A stretch of DNA of 64,000 nt from Abditibacterium sp. (GCA_965246885.1 OZ251992.1:192001-256000), one strand, 5' to 3'; shown: positions 18,004 to 27,902, counted from the first letter of the stretch. The notes: generated from the letters alone by a model not told the origin. Numbers and translations: made by a program.

Positions 18004-18834
18004 ATGACCACTTATCGCCTTAGCCGCTTGTTCGCGCCCGATGGACGCTGCTTTGACGTGGCGCTCGATCACGGCTTCTTCAACGAGGGGCCGTTTCTGA
18101 GCGGCATCGAGAACCTGCCGCGCGCCGTCGCCACTCTTGTGGACGCCGCGCCCGACGCCATCCAACTCACCGTCGGGCAAGCCAAGCACTTGCAAGGCGT
18201 CGCGGGCAAAGACAAGCCCGCCCTCGTGCTGCGCACCGACGTGGCGAATGTTTATGGGCGCGAACTGCCGCGCTACCTCTTCTCGAAAACCATCGAGTCG
18301 CCCGTCGAAACCGCGCTCCGTTTGGACGCGGCGTGCGTGGTCGTCAACCTGTTCGCCATCCCCGGCCAGCCCGAAGTCGCGGCGCAGTGCGTGGACAACA
18401 TCCTGCGCATCAAGCCCGACTGCGAGCGCTACGGCATGCCCCTGATGATCGAGCCGCTGGTTTTCCAATCCAACGAACTGAACGGCGGCTACATGGTGGA
18501 CGGCGACGAAAAGAAAATCGTGCCGCTCGTGCGCCAAGCGGTTGAACTGGGCGCCGACATCATCAAAGCCGACCCGACCGACGACGTTTCCATTTACGGC
18601 AAGGTCATCGAAACGGCGGGCGACGTGCCCGTCTTGGTGCGCGGCGGCGGGCGCGTGTCGGACGAAGAAATTCTTAAGCGCACCCACGAACTGATGCAAA
18701 GCGGCGCGCGTGGCATCGTCTATGGCCGCAACGTCATCCAACACCCCAACCCCAAAGGCATCACGCGCGCCTTGATGAGCCTCGTTCACGACCCCGCCGC
18801 CACGCCCACGAGTGCGCTCGAACTGCTTCGCTAA
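18004..18834 (+). CDS. Class I aldolase (LsrF/FbaB-like)
   Basis: VALDHG, ELGADIIKAD (Schiff-base Lys), PVLVRGGG, GIVYGRNV. Confidence 0.9.
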   Translation: MTTYRLSRLFAPDGRCFDVALDHGFFNEGPFLSGIENLPRAVATLVDAAPDAIQLTVGQAKHLQGVAGKDKPALVLRTDVANVYGRELPRYLFSKTIESPVETALRLDAACVVVNLFAIPGQPEVAAQCVDNILRIKPDCERYGMPLMIEPLVFQSNELNGGYMVDGDEKKIVPLVRQAVELGADIIKADPTDDVSIYGKVIETAGDVPVLVRGGGRVSDEEILKRTHELMQSGARGIVYGRNVIQHPNPKGITRALMSLVHDPAATPTSALELLR

Positions 18835-18839
18835 TCACC

Positions 18840-19979
18840 ATGAACACCCAACCATTGCGCTTTGGCGTTATCGGCGGCGGCTTGATGGGCCGCGAAATCG
18901 CCTCGGCTTTGGGGCGCTGGTTCGCCTTGACCGACGAGGACGTTCCCCATGCCGAACTGGTCGCCGTGTGCGACCTCAACCCCGCCGCGCGCGACTGGTT
19001 TACCCGCGTGCCCACCGTCAAGCAGCGCACCGACTCCGCCGACGAACTGCTCGCCAACCCCGACGTGGACGCCGTTTATGTCGCCCTGCCGCACAACCTG
19101 CACGAGGAGTTTTATCTCAAGGCTCTACGCGCCGGGAAGGATTTGCTCGCCGAGAAGCCCTTCGGTATAGACGCCCGCGCCGCCCAATCCGTGCGCGACG
19201 AAGCTGCGCGCTTGGGCCGTTTCGTGCGCTGTTCGAGCGAACTGCCCTTCTACCCCGGCGGGCAGCGCGTGTGGAAGGCGCTCAGCCAGAACCTCGAATC
19301 GCTGGGGCGCATCCTCGAAATCCATTCTGGCTTCCACCATTCCAGCGACCTCGACCCCACCAAGGCCGCGAACTGGAAGCGCCAAAATGAAACCTGCGGC
19401 GAAAACGGCGTCCTGAACGACCTCGGCATGCACGTCGCGCACCTGCCGCTCCGCTTGGGATGGAAGCCCCAGACGGTCTACGCCCAACTGCAACACGGCT
19501 TCCCCACCCGCCCCGACGGGCGCGGCGGAGAAACGGTCTGCGACACATGGGACAACGCCTTGCTCCACTGCGACGCCCAAATCGGCGGCCAAAGCGTGCC
19601 GATGCGCTGGGAAATGAAGCGCATGGCCCCGACCGAGACCAACACGTGGTTCATCGAAGTGCTGGGCACCCAAGGCGGCATCCGCTTCTCGACCAAGCAA
19701 CCCAAGACGCTCTACCTGTTCCAGAACGGGAAGGAGCAAAGCTGGAACGCCATTGATTTGGGCCACGCGAGTGCCTTTTCGACCGTGACGGGCGGCATCT
19801 TCGAGTTTGGCTTCCCCGACTCTCTTCTGCAAATGCTCGCCGCGTTCGCGTCCGAGCGCGCCGGAACCTTGAACGGGCGCTTTGGCATGGTCACGCCCGA
19901 CGAAGCCGTCGCCTCGCAGCAAGTGTGGAGCGCCGCCTTGCGCTCACACGCCGAAAAGCGCGCGGTGGAAGTGGGCTAA
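18840..19979 (+). CDS. Gfo/Idh/MocA oxidoreductase
   Basis: FGVIGGGLMG, DAVYVALPHNLH, LAEKP, GVLNDLGMH. Confidence 0.92.
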   Translation: MNTQPLRFGVIGGGLMGREIASALGRWFALTDEDVPHAELVAVCDLNPAARDWFTRVPTVKQRTDSADELLANPDVDAVYVALPHNLHEEFYLKALRAGKDLLAEKPFGIDARAAQSVRDEAARLGRFVRCSSELPFYPGGQRVWKALSQNLESLGRILEIHSGFHHSSDLDPTKAANWKRQNETCGENGVLNDLGMHVAHLPLRLGWKPQTVYAQLQHGFPTRPDGRGGETVCDTWDNALLHCDAQIGGQSVPMRWEMKRMAPTETNTWFIEVLGTQGGIRFSTKQPKTLYLFQNGKEQSWNAIDLGHASAFSTVTGGIFEFGFPDSLLQMLAAFASERAGTLNGRFGMVTPDEAVASQQVWSAALRSHAEKRAVEVG

Positions 19980-20890
19980 CCTTTCATTCCCAACAGCGCC
20001 GCGCCGACGACGGCTTCATATTTGGGCGCGACCAGTTCCACACCTTCCAACTCCGGCGTGGCAGCTAAGGCGGCGCGGATTTCCGGCGCGTTCTCCAACA
20101 ACCCGCCCGTGAGCGCGAGCCGCCGCCCGCCGAGCGGGAACAATACGGCGTGTGCGGTGCGGGCCAAATGTCCTGCGGCGGCTTCGAGCAACTCCGACGC
20201 AACCGTGTCGCCTGCGCGGGCGGCTTTCAACACGTGCGGGACGAAGGCGGCGATGCGCTCGCGCGCGAAGTCGGGCGCGTAGATGACGGCGACCAGAGCG
20301 TTCAAATCGGCGACGGCGAAGTGGGCGAGGAGGGCATCTGACAGGCTGGTCGGTTCCCCCACTCCATCAATGGCGGCGACGGCGGCGCGGATGGCGGCTT
20401 CGCCCAGCCAGAAGCCGCTTCCCCGGTCGCCCAGCATCGGCCCCCAGCCGTCGGCGCGGACGCGCCACCCGCTCGCGTTTTGCCCGAAGCAGTTCGCGCC
20501 CGTTCCGGCTATAAGAACCGCGCCCCCGTGACTTGCCAACTCCTCCGGCCCGAAGGCGCCCACGAGCGCCGCCGCGACATCCTCGTCCACGCGCACCTTC
20601 TGCCCGTATTTGCGGGCGAGCGCCGCCGTCCAGCGCGCAACTTCCGCTTCTCCAACCGCGCCCGCCAAGCCAAAGCCGAACGATTCCATCTGCCCGACGA
20701 GCATCCCCGCTTCTCTCAGGGCGCCGTCCACAGCCCCCGCGATGTTGGCGAGCGCGCCGTCCAAGCCGACGTTGTACAGGTTGCTCGACCCGCTCTGCGC
20801 GCGCGCGAGCACGAAGTTGTGCGTGTCGTCTATCACCACAGCGCGCGTCGTCGTGCCGCCGCCGTCCACGCCAATCCGAAAAGTAGCCAT
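19976..20890 (-). CDS. BadF-type N-acetylglucosamine/N-acetylmuramate kinase
   Basis: IGVDGGGTTT, LIAGTGA, DGWGPMLGDRGSGFWLG, LTGG. Confidence 0.9.
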   Translation of the reverse strand: MATFRIGVDGGGTTTRAVVIDDTHNFVLARAQSGSSNLYNVGLDGALANIAGAVDGALREAGMLVGQMESFGFGLAGAVGEAEVARWTAALARKYGQKVRVDEDVAAALVGAFGPEELASHGGAVLIAGTGANCFGQNASGWRVRADGWGPMLGDRGSGFWLGEAAIRAAVAAIDGVGEPTSLSDALLAHFAVADLNALVAVIYAPDFARERIAAFVPHVLKAARAGDTVASELLEAAAGHLARTAHAVLFPLGGRRLALTGGLLENAPEIRAALAATPELEGVELVAPKYEAVVGAALLGMKG

Positions 20891-20923
20891 GCCCCGTAGT
20901 TAAGCGCACAACACGCCCAAAGC

Positions 20924-21958
20924 CTACTCGCGCCCCCGATACGGCAGGTGCAGGGTATGCGCGGCGCGGCGTTTGACTTCTTCGCCGCGCCGGTCGTAGC
21001 GCGCGGTGGTGGCGACGCTCGCGTGTCCGGCCAAGCCCTGCACCGTCACGATGTCGGCGCCGCGCTCCAACAAGTCGCCCACGAACGTGCGGCGCAGGTC
21101 GTGGGGCGAGAGCGTCTTGACGCCCGCTTGCAAAGCGCGCTTTTTGAGGGCCTTGTAGATGGCGCAGTCGGTCAGGCGGCCTTGGGTGTGGACGCGCCCA
21201 CTGCGGCGGACGGGGTGGAATAGGGTGCCCGCGTGGTCGCCGCGCACGAGAAGCCAGTCGCGTAGCGCCTCGGCTGCCGCGCCGGACAGATACGCCATGC
21301 GCTCCTTGTTGCCTTTGCCGCGCACTTTCAGGGCGCCCGAATCGGCGTCGTAGTCGGCCAACATCAGCGCGGCGACCTCGCTCCGTCGCAAGCCGCCGGT
21401 ATACAAGACGGCAAGAAGGGCGGCGTCGCGCGCGCCGGTGACGGCGTTGGACTGGGTGCCGGTTTTGGGCGAAGCGAAGGGGTAGTTGCCGCGCGCGCAG
21501 GCGTCCAGCAGGGCGAGCAGTTCGCCGCTCGACACTTCCCGTCCAGCGGGCAAGCGGTCGCCGTGCACGATGCCGACGTTGCGGATGCGCGCGTAGTCCT
21601 CGGCGCCCATCTGCTCCAAGTTCCACGCGGCTTTGGCAACGCCGCGCACGGCATACAGCGTGGTGTTGACCGTCGCCGGAGCCAAACCGCGCTCGCCCAG
21701 CGCCGCCCGCAACGCCGCGACGTGCCCATAGCGCAGCAAGTGCCAAGGCACCGCGAGCACATCGCGCCGTCCGGTCAAAAGCTCGGCAACCAGTTCCAAC
21801 TTGCCGCGCATCGAGCGCCTGCCCGTCGGCGCGAGCGACGCCAGATACACCAGCACCGCGTTCATCTCCCCGCCCGGCGCCATTTCGACGCGCGCGAGCG
21901 CGCCAAAGGGCGCCTCTTCGACGACTTGCGCTTCGATGATGTCGGTGGGGAGATTCAT
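20924..21958 (-). CDS. Tyrosine recombinase/integrase
   Basis: Full catalytic set: RDAALL..GLRRSE (R), GKGNKER (K), PHDLRR (HxxR), LAGH, TTARYD (Y). Confidence 0.95.
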   Translation of the reverse strand: MNLPTDIIEAQVVEEAPFGALARVEMAPGGEMNAVLVYLASLAPTGRRSMRGKLELVAELLTGRRDVLAVPWHLLRYGHVAALRAALGERGLAPATVNTTLYAVRGVAKAAWNLEQMGAEDYARIRNVGIVHGDRLPAGREVSSGELLALLDACARGNYPFASPKTGTQSNAVTGARDAALLAVLYTGGLRRSEVAALMLADYDADSGALKVRGKGNKERMAYLSGAAAEALRDWLLVRGDHAGTLFHPVRRSGRVHTQGRLTDCAIYKALKKRALQAGVKTLSPHDLRRTFVGDLLERGADIVTVQGLAGHASVATTARYDRRGEEVKRRAAHTLHLPYRGRE

Positions 21959-21973
21959 AACGCGAGCCGCTCG

Positions 21974-22001
21974 TTGACGGCTTCAAAGGACGTGGTAAAA
22001 T
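21974..22001 (+). promoter_or_regulatory. Sigma70-like promoter divergent from the integrase
   Basis: TTGACG-16 nt-TAAAAT with an extended -10 TG. Confidence 0.6.
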
Positions 22002-22016
22002 GGGGGGCGATTCTTC

Positions 22017-22334
22017 ATGCCACCGCTTCCGCGCCCGTCGCCTGAGCAAGAGAAACTGCGCAAGCAGATCTCAGAGTACACCCAATATCAATGGCTTTCC
22101 CTGATGCCCGCGTGGATGCCCGGCGCACTGAGCGCGCTCAACCACACCAAGACGGCGCCGGGGCGCGAGGGAATCGTCGCCGCCTTTGACTTGGGGATGA
22201 TCGTGTTCGGGATAGTGTGCTTTATCTTGGTGCGCGGGCGCATCTCCTCCATGAAAAAGCGGTTGGCGCAACTCGAACTTCAAACCTCCCCTCCGGTTTC
22301 GCCGCTTACTGCTCCTCCCATTGCCAAGCCTTAA
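22017..22334 (+). CDS. Small membrane hypothetical protein
   Basis: 105 aa with 1-2 hydrophobic segments; promoter upstream; fills the gap between the integrase and the protease. Confidence 0.65.
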   Translation: MPPLPRPSPEQEKLRKQISEYTQYQWLSLMPAWMPGALSALNHTKTAPGREGIVAAFDLGMIVFGIVCFILVRGRISSMKKRLAQLELQTSPPVSPLTAPPIAKP

Positions 22335-22351
22335 GGCGCGTTTGCTCCGCC

Positions 22352-23824
22352 TCACGCCGTCGGCAAGACGAGGGCGCGGAAGACGCTGACGCCTTCGCTG
22401 TCGCGCAGTTGCAAGAGCAAGTGCGCACCGGGGGCGGCTTTGGCTTCGAGCGCGCGCCACGCTTTGGCAGAGGGCACTTCCGTCCACACCCCATCTTGGC
22501 GGGCGCGCACGATGCGCAGTCCCTCGCGCAGGTCGGCTTCGTCGGCGCGCGAGGCGGGGGTGATGGCGGAAATAACAGCGCCCATCTCCACGCCTTTCAA
22601 GTGGTATTTGGTTTTCTGCGCCGCGTCGAGTTCTTTGGCTTCGCGCACCGTGAGGCCCGACCCGACGATGGGCGCGCCGCTTTCGATGGAAAAGGGCGCA
22701 CCGGTGCCCTCGCCCAACACGCGCGCGCGGTCGCCGAGGGTGAGCGGAATGTCCAGTTTTAGGGTGTTCGTGTTGCCCGCGAAGTCGGGGCGCGCGATGT
22801 TGAGCACCATCTTGTCGCCCGGATTGCGCGCCGACACGAGACCCCGAAACTCTTCGACCGAGGACACGGGCTGGCCGTCCACGCCGAAAATCAGGTCGCC
22901 TTCGCGCACGCCCGCTTCCTTGGCGGGGCCAATCGCGGCACCGCTCTTTTGCGCGAGCGAGCCGACCTGCAAGCCGCCGGGGAGACCGAACTCGCGGGCC
23001 ACTTCGGGCGACAAACGCGAGTATTGAATCCCCACAAAGCCGCGCCGCACCTGCTTCCCCGCGACCAACAGCGGCAACAGACGGCGGATGGTGTTCGAGG
23101 GAATCGAGAACCCAATGCCCGCACTGGCGCGCGAGGGTGACAGAATCGCCGTGTTCAGCCCGACGACGCGCCCATTCAAATCAAGCAGTGGCCCGCCGGA
23201 GTTGCCGGGGTTGATGGAAGCGTCGGTTTGCAAATACGCGAGCGTCGAAGGCGTGCCATTCTTGTCTATGTGCCGTCCACTGGCCGACAAAACGCCCAGC
23301 GTCACGCTTTGCGGCTGTTCAAAGGGCGAGCCGACCGCAATAGCCCATTGCCCCGCAAGCGCCGCGTCAGAATCGGCCAACTCCAGTACGGGCAAGCCCG
23401 TCCGATTGACTTTGAGAACCGCCAAGTCCGCGTCGGGGTCGTAGCCAATGACGCGCGCCGCGACGCGCTCGACAGCCTCGGAATCGGCGTTGAACAACAC
23501 GCGAATCGAGGTGGCGCCGCGCACGACGTGGTAGTTGGTGAGCAACAGCCCATCGGCGCGAAACACCCAGCCCGTCCCAATGCTCGACAGAACCGCAGGC
23601 GGCGTTCCCGGAGTGGGAAGAGGCGCGTCGCCGTCATCATCGCCGTCGTCCTTGACCGAGCCGGGCGCCTTCTCACACACCACCGTCACAACCGACGGCT
23701 TCACGCGCGCCACAAGAGTCGTCACTTCGTTTTGCAGCGAGAGGAGCGATGGCGCGGGCGTGTCTTGGGCCAAAGCGGGAAGTGCGAGCGCGCACGCCAA
23801 GAGGCAAAGGGGAACTATTCGCAT
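22352..23824 (-). CDS. HtrA/DegP-like serine protease with PDZ domains
   Basis: Signal peptide; LTNYHVV, DLAVLK, QTDASINPGNSGGPL. Confidence 0.95.
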   Translation of the reverse strand: MRIVPLCLLACALALPALAQDTPAPSLLSLQNEVTTLVARVKPSVVTVVCEKAPGSVKDDGDDDGDAPLPTPGTPPAVLSSIGTGWVFRADGLLLTNYHVVRGATSIRVLFNADSEAVERVAARVIGYDPDADLAVLKVNRTGLPVLELADSDAALAGQWAIAVGSPFEQPQSVTLGVLSASGRHIDKNGTPSTLAYLQTDASINPGNSGGPLLDLNGRVVGLNTAILSPSRASAGIGFSIPSNTIRRLLPLLVAGKQVRRGFVGIQYSRLSPEVAREFGLPGGLQVGSLAQKSGAAIGPAKEAGVREGDLIFGVDGQPVSSVEEFRGLVSARNPGDKMVLNIARPDFAGNTNTLKLDIPLTLGDRARVLGEGTGAPFSIESGAPIVGSGLTVREAKELDAAQKTKYHLKGVEMGAVISAITPASRADEADLREGLRIVRARQDGVWTEVPSAKAWRALEAKAAPGAHLLLQLRDSEGVSVFRALVLPTA

Positions 23825-23860
23825 ACTCTCAGTTTAGAAGGAGACCCGCAAGCACTCCGC

Positions 23861-24664
23861 CTACTTCCAGTCCCACTTATCGAACCATGCCGCCGCTTTT
23901 TGGCGGCGCAGGAGCATCTTCTGGCGCTGGTCGGCGGCTTCGCGGCGGGCTTTGGCGGCGGCAAAGGTCTGGAAGATGTCCCGGTACATCCGCATCCGGT
24001 TGCGAAAGCCCCGAAGGAAGCCCAACTTCTCTTCCTTAATCGGATGCGTGACAGCGTGAAGATAGACGTGGTCGAGCTTGAGCGTCGGATCGCTCAGGAC
24101 GTGGCTGCTAATGGCGGCTTCGACGCCAAAGCGGGAACGGGTGAGGCCGGGAACGGCCAGAAAGACCTCGCGGCGGATGGCGCGCTGGCCGGTGATGGCG
24201 GGGTTCATGCGATGGCACCAACTGAGCCACCATCCCAGTAGCCCGCCGCGTATTGCGCCGAACAAGCCGATGGTCATATCGGCTGGGTCATCTTCGCGGA
24301 GCATGGGCGCAAGCATTTCGTCCACCTGCGCAGGGCGCAGGCCGATGAGATCAGCGTCCAAGAAAAGCAAAACGTCGGCGAAGGTGTTGTGCGCGCCGTG
24401 CGCCATCGCTCCGCCCTTGCCGATGTTCTGCCGAAGGACGAGTAAGCGCACCGGAACACGCTCCCCGGCCATGTCGCGCCCCGCCATCCAACTGGCGACC
24501 TGCTCGGCGGTGTCGTCGGTGCAGCCGTCGGTGACGCAAATGACTTCGTCCACGCTCGCGGCATCGCATAGCGTTTCGAGGACATCGCACACGCGGCCCG
24601 ACTCGTTGAACGCCGGGATAATCGCCGCGACTTGGGGCTTTTGAAAAGGGGTCACGGGGGGCAT
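23861..24664 (-). CDS. GT2 glycosyltransferase
   Basis: AIIPAFNE, DGCTDDT, NIGKGGAM, LFLDADL; ATG 24664 overlaps the trxA stop. Confidence 0.9.
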   Translation of the reverse strand: MPPVTPFQKPQVAAIIPAFNESGRVCDVLETLCDAASVDEVICVTDGCTDDTAEQVASWMAGRDMAGERVPVRLLVLRQNIGKGGAMAHGAHNTFADVLLFLDADLIGLRPAQVDEMLAPMLREDDPADMTIGLFGAIRGGLLGWWLSWCHRMNPAITGQRAIRREVFLAVPGLTRSRFGVEAAISSHVLSDPTLKLDHVYLHAVTHPIKEEKLGFLRGFRNRMRMYRDIFQTFAAAKARREAADQRQKMLLRRQKAAAWFDKWDWK

Positions 24665-24993
24665 TAAACGGCTAAAACCTCGTCTATGGTTTGTGCGAGT
24701 TGCTCTTCGCCGCGATAACCGGTCGCTTGGTTCACCACATGCCCATCTTTGAAAAAGAGTAAATTGGGAAGTGCCGAGATAGCGAATTGGCCCGCGATGG
24801 CATGGTTCTCGTCCACGTTGCACTTAACGACCTTGATGCGCCCCTCGTAGCGCGCCGCCAACCTGTCCAAGACGGGCGACAACATCTTGCACGGCTGGCA
24901 CCAGTCGGCCCAAAAATCAACGACCACCGGCACCTCGGCGCGCACGACCTCAGACTCGAAATTACCCTCGCCCACGATAGCCACTTGCGACAT
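24664..24993 (-). CDS. trxA: Thioredoxin
   Basis: VVVDFWADWCQPCK, CNVDEN, ALPNLLFFKDG. Confidence 0.93.
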   Translation of the reverse strand: MSQVAIVGEGNFESEVVRAEVPVVVDFWADWCQPCKMLSPVLDRLAARYEGRIKVVKCNVDENHAIAGQFAISALPNLLFFKDGHVVNQATGYRGEEQLAQTIDEVLAV

Positions 24994-25053
24994 AGAATTC
25001 CTTGTTGCCACCGCGCGCCCGAAGACGCGCCGCAAAACCCCTTCAATTTTACT

Positions 25054-26133
25054 TCACCGCGCACCATCGGCACCCGAAAGCGCAATTAACCGCCCAAACA
25101 ACACGTCCAAACACAGATTTGTCGAGGCGTTGCGCAGAATATATTCGCGCGTTTGCCGCATTAAATCAAGGCGCCGCGCGTTTCGTTCTTCAATCGCGCC
25201 GCTTTGCAGGAGCCACTTCGCTCGCCCCGCGACGGCCAACTCGTCCAAGAAGCGCGCCATTGCCGCGCGGCCTCCTTTAGCGCCCAGTTTCTTGGCGTCG
25301 CCCTCGTCGCCCGCGTCCTCGTCCCACCACACTTTGGCCCATTTCAGCGCTTCTTCGGTCAACCCCAAAGCGCCGACGGGGGAATCCGTATCGAACCGCT
25401 CGACAAAGCGAGAGGCGATTTGAAAGCGCGACGGCCCACTATCCCCCGACTCCAGCAGTCGCTCCAACTCCCTACGGGCCACACCCGGTCGCCCGTTGCC
25501 CGCGCGCACCGCTTCCGTTAAGTCGGCAGGCGTCACATCGGGGAACTCGCTTTGCAGCCACGCCCACACATCGCCGTCCCGCGCAGTCGAAAGTTGCAGA
25601 TGCCAGCAACGCGACAGAATTGTCGCGGGCAAGTTGCGCGCGTTGTCGGTCGTCACCACCATATGCGTCGAAAGGGGCGGCTCTTCGAGCGTCTTGAGGA
25701 GCGCGTTATAAGCAGGCCCCAAAGCGCGGTCGAACTGCGCCAACACGATCACCTTGCGCACACCGGCAATGGGTTTGCGGAGCGCCTCATCCGACACCTC
25801 GCGCGCTTGGCCCACGAGAAAGATGCTCGAATCGAGAATTTCGGGCGCCCGCGTCGGCTCGCCAGAAGAAATCACGGGGCGAAAGACGCGGTAATCGGGA
25901 AAGGTCTCCACCTCCACTTGATGACACGCGCGGCATGTCAGACACGGCGACGGCAAGCCGGACTCATCGAATAAAGGCGCGAGGCAAAGCAGCAACTGCG
26001 CGTAGCGCAGTATAAAGGTCGTTTTGCCCACCCCCGGCGGCCCGGAAACGAGCAGCGTTTGCGGCGTGCGCCCCTTGCCATGTGCGCGGGCAAGGGCGCG
26101 CCAGCGTTCTTCGTGACCAATCAGCGGGGGCAT
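25054..26133 (-). CDS. holB: DNA polymerase III delta-prime subunit
   Basis: GPPGVGKTT, C..CxxCxxC zinc module, NALLKTLEEPP, LPATILSRC; follows tmk. Confidence 0.9.
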   Translation of the reverse strand: MPPLIGHEERWRALARAHGKGRTPQTLLVSGPPGVGKTTFILRYAQLLLCLAPLFDESGLPSPCLTCRACHQVEVETFPDYRVFRPVISSGEPTRAPEILDSSIFLVGQAREVSDEALRKPIAGVRKVIVLAQFDRALGPAYNALLKTLEEPPLSTHMVVTTDNARNLPATILSRCWHLQLSTARDGDVWAWLQSEFPDVTPADLTEAVRAGNGRPGVARRELERLLESGDSGPSRFQIASRFVERFDTDSPVGALGLTEEALKWAKVWWDEDAGDEGDAKKLGAKGGRAAMARFLDELAVAGRAKWLLQSGAIEERNARRLDLMRQTREYILRNASTNLCLDVLFGRLIALSGADGAR

Positions 26134-26139
26134 GATGAT

Positions 26140-26748
26140 TTACGCGCCGACCAGAAAGGACTCGGCGTCTTGCCAGATGCGCTCTTCCAGTTCGTCGGGC
26201 GGCAGGCTCCCGTCCAGAATCACCACGCGATGCCCTTCGCGCGCCGCCAGAGCGTGGTAACGGGTGCGCACCTCGCCCAGAAACCCCAACCCGCGCGCTT
26301 CGATGCGGTCTTGCGCACCATCTTTGCGCCGCGCCGCGCCGACTTCGGGCGACACATCGAGGAAAAACGTCCGCTTGGGCGCCAGACCCCCCGTCGCAAA
26401 CTCGTTCATTGCCCGAATAAAAGAGCCATCCAGCCCCAACGCGCCTTGATACGCCTCGCTCGAATCGGCGAAGCGATCGCAGAGCACCCACTGCCCCGCT
26501 TCGAGCGCGGGACGAATTATCTGCGCGACATGGGCGGCACGCGCCGCACCAAACAGCAGCAGTTCCGCGCGCGCATCGAGGGCGTCGCGCCCTTCCAGTA
26601 AAAGGGCGCGAATCGCTTCGGCCAAGCGCGTTCCTCCCGGCTCGCGCGTCGCCGCGACCGACAAACCACTCGCTTCCAAGCGCGTCGCCAAGCGCCTTAG
26701 CTGCGTCGTCTTGCCGCATCCGTCTATGCCTTCAAAGGAAAGGAACAT
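26140..26748 (-). CDS. tmk: Thymidylate kinase
   Basis: FLSFEGIDGCGKTTQ, TREPGGT, LCDRFADSSEAYQG. Confidence 0.97.
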   Translation of the reverse strand: MFLSFEGIDGCGKTTQLRRLATRLEASGLSVAATREPGGTRLAEAIRALLLEGRDALDARAELLLFGAARAAHVAQIIRPALEAGQWVLCDRFADSSEAYQGALGLDGSFIRAMNEFATGGLAPKRTFFLDVSPEVGAARRKDGAQDRIEARGLGFLGEVRTRYHALAAREGHRVVILDGSLPPDELEERIWQDAESFLVGA

Positions 26749-26751
26749 GGC

Positions 26752-27696
26752 TTACTTGGGCAGTTTGTCAATGGACTCTTGGAAGCCGGGATGTTTGGGC
26801 GCCAAACGGAGCGCTTCTTCCCACGCTTTGCGCGCGCCCGCGAAGTCTTTGGCGTGCTTGGCTTCCTTACCGGCTTCCCACAGCGCGGTCAGCTTGGAGG
26901 CCATTGCCGGGTCAAGCCCCGCCGTTGCCGACGGCAGCGTCGCTTTGGGCGGCGCGACGGGGTTCTGGGCGATGCGCACCGGAATGGTGGAAGTGCCCGC
27001 TTTGACCGGGATTTTAGGCGTTGTCGGCGGCGCGATTCCGGGCGAGGCCGCGCCCAAAGTCGGCGTCGTCACGGGCGTGGTCGGCGCTTTGGCGACGAGG
27101 GTTTTTGGCGCACCGGGCGCCGTTGACGGTGTGCCCGCTTTGGCGACTTTGGGCTTTTTCGACTTGAGGAGCGGCTCCGGTTTGTCGAGGTCTTCGTCGC
27201 CCCCCTTGTTCGAGTTCAGGAGAAACATCGCCCCGCCGCCGCCGACGGCCAGTATCCCCAACAGGCCCAGAATCGGGAACAGCGGGAGCGATTTTTTCGC
27301 TTTGAGCGGCGCGGGTGGCGTTTCGAGGGGCGCCATCTGCACCGGCTCGGTCAGCATCCGTTCGGGCATGACCGCCGGAGCGGGCGGGAGTGGTTCGGCG
27401 CGCCCAAAGCCGCTCGACACTGGGGGTTCGGGCAAAAGGGCGGGCGTTTCGGAAAGGCCGAGCGGGTCGTTTTCGGGGAAATCGAACGCCGAGTTGGAAC
27501 CGGCGGCTGCCGTTGGCGCCGTCGGAGCGGCAGGCGCCGCGAGAAGCGAGTCAAACGACGAGGCGCCGTTCTGCGCGTCGAGGTCGCGCGAAATCGCATC
27601 GAAGTCAAACGCCTCATCGGGCGTTTTGGACGCGCCCCCGGCAGGAGGCGCGGCGGGCGGCGGGGTGTCGCCCTTTTTACGGTTGAAGAGTGCCAT
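26752..27696 (-). CDS. Pro-rich single-pass membrane protein with C-terminal TPR-like hairpin
   Basis: Acidic/Pro-rich N-terminus, central TM, Pro/Thr linker, DFAGARKAWEEALRLAP. Confidence 0.75.
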   Translation of the reverse strand: MALFNRKKGDTPPPAAPPAGGASKTPDEAFDFDAISRDLDAQNGASSFDSLLAAPAAPTAPTAAAGSNSAFDFPENDPLGLSETPALLPEPPVSSGFGRAEPLPPAPAVMPERMLTEPVQMAPLETPPAPLKAKKSLPLFPILGLLGILAVGGGGAMFLLNSNKGGDEDLDKPEPLLKSKKPKVAKAGTPSTAPGAPKTLVAKAPTTPVTTPTLGAASPGIAPPTTPKIPVKAGTSTIPVRIAQNPVAPPKATLPSATAGLDPAMASKLTALWEAGKEAKHAKDFAGARKAWEEALRLAPKHPGFQESIDKLPK

Positions 27697-27759
27697 CGGT
27701 AATTTTTAGAAAATAGGCCATCAAAATTATGCCGCAATCGCGGCTCCTCGTCCCACTCA

Positions 27760-27902
27760 CGCAGTTCTTGCGCCAACCGGCCCCGGCAACCCATCCGCCC
27801 ATGCGCGCCCATGACTCACCCATGCACGGGAACCGCCCGCCCATGCACGGGAACCGCCCGCCGGGTCGCGCCAATGACTCGCCCATGCGCGGAGCCGTCC
27901 GC
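27760..27902. repeat. 21-bp-period array, family B
   Basis: Exact tandem cccatgcacgggaaccgcccg at 27819 and 27840, with degenerate 21-mers at 27798, 27861 and 27882. Confidence 0.85.

Noticed and set aside
20924..22334. Integron (IntI plus cassette)
   Set aside because: No IntI-specific insertion recognised and no attC-like site after the small gene.
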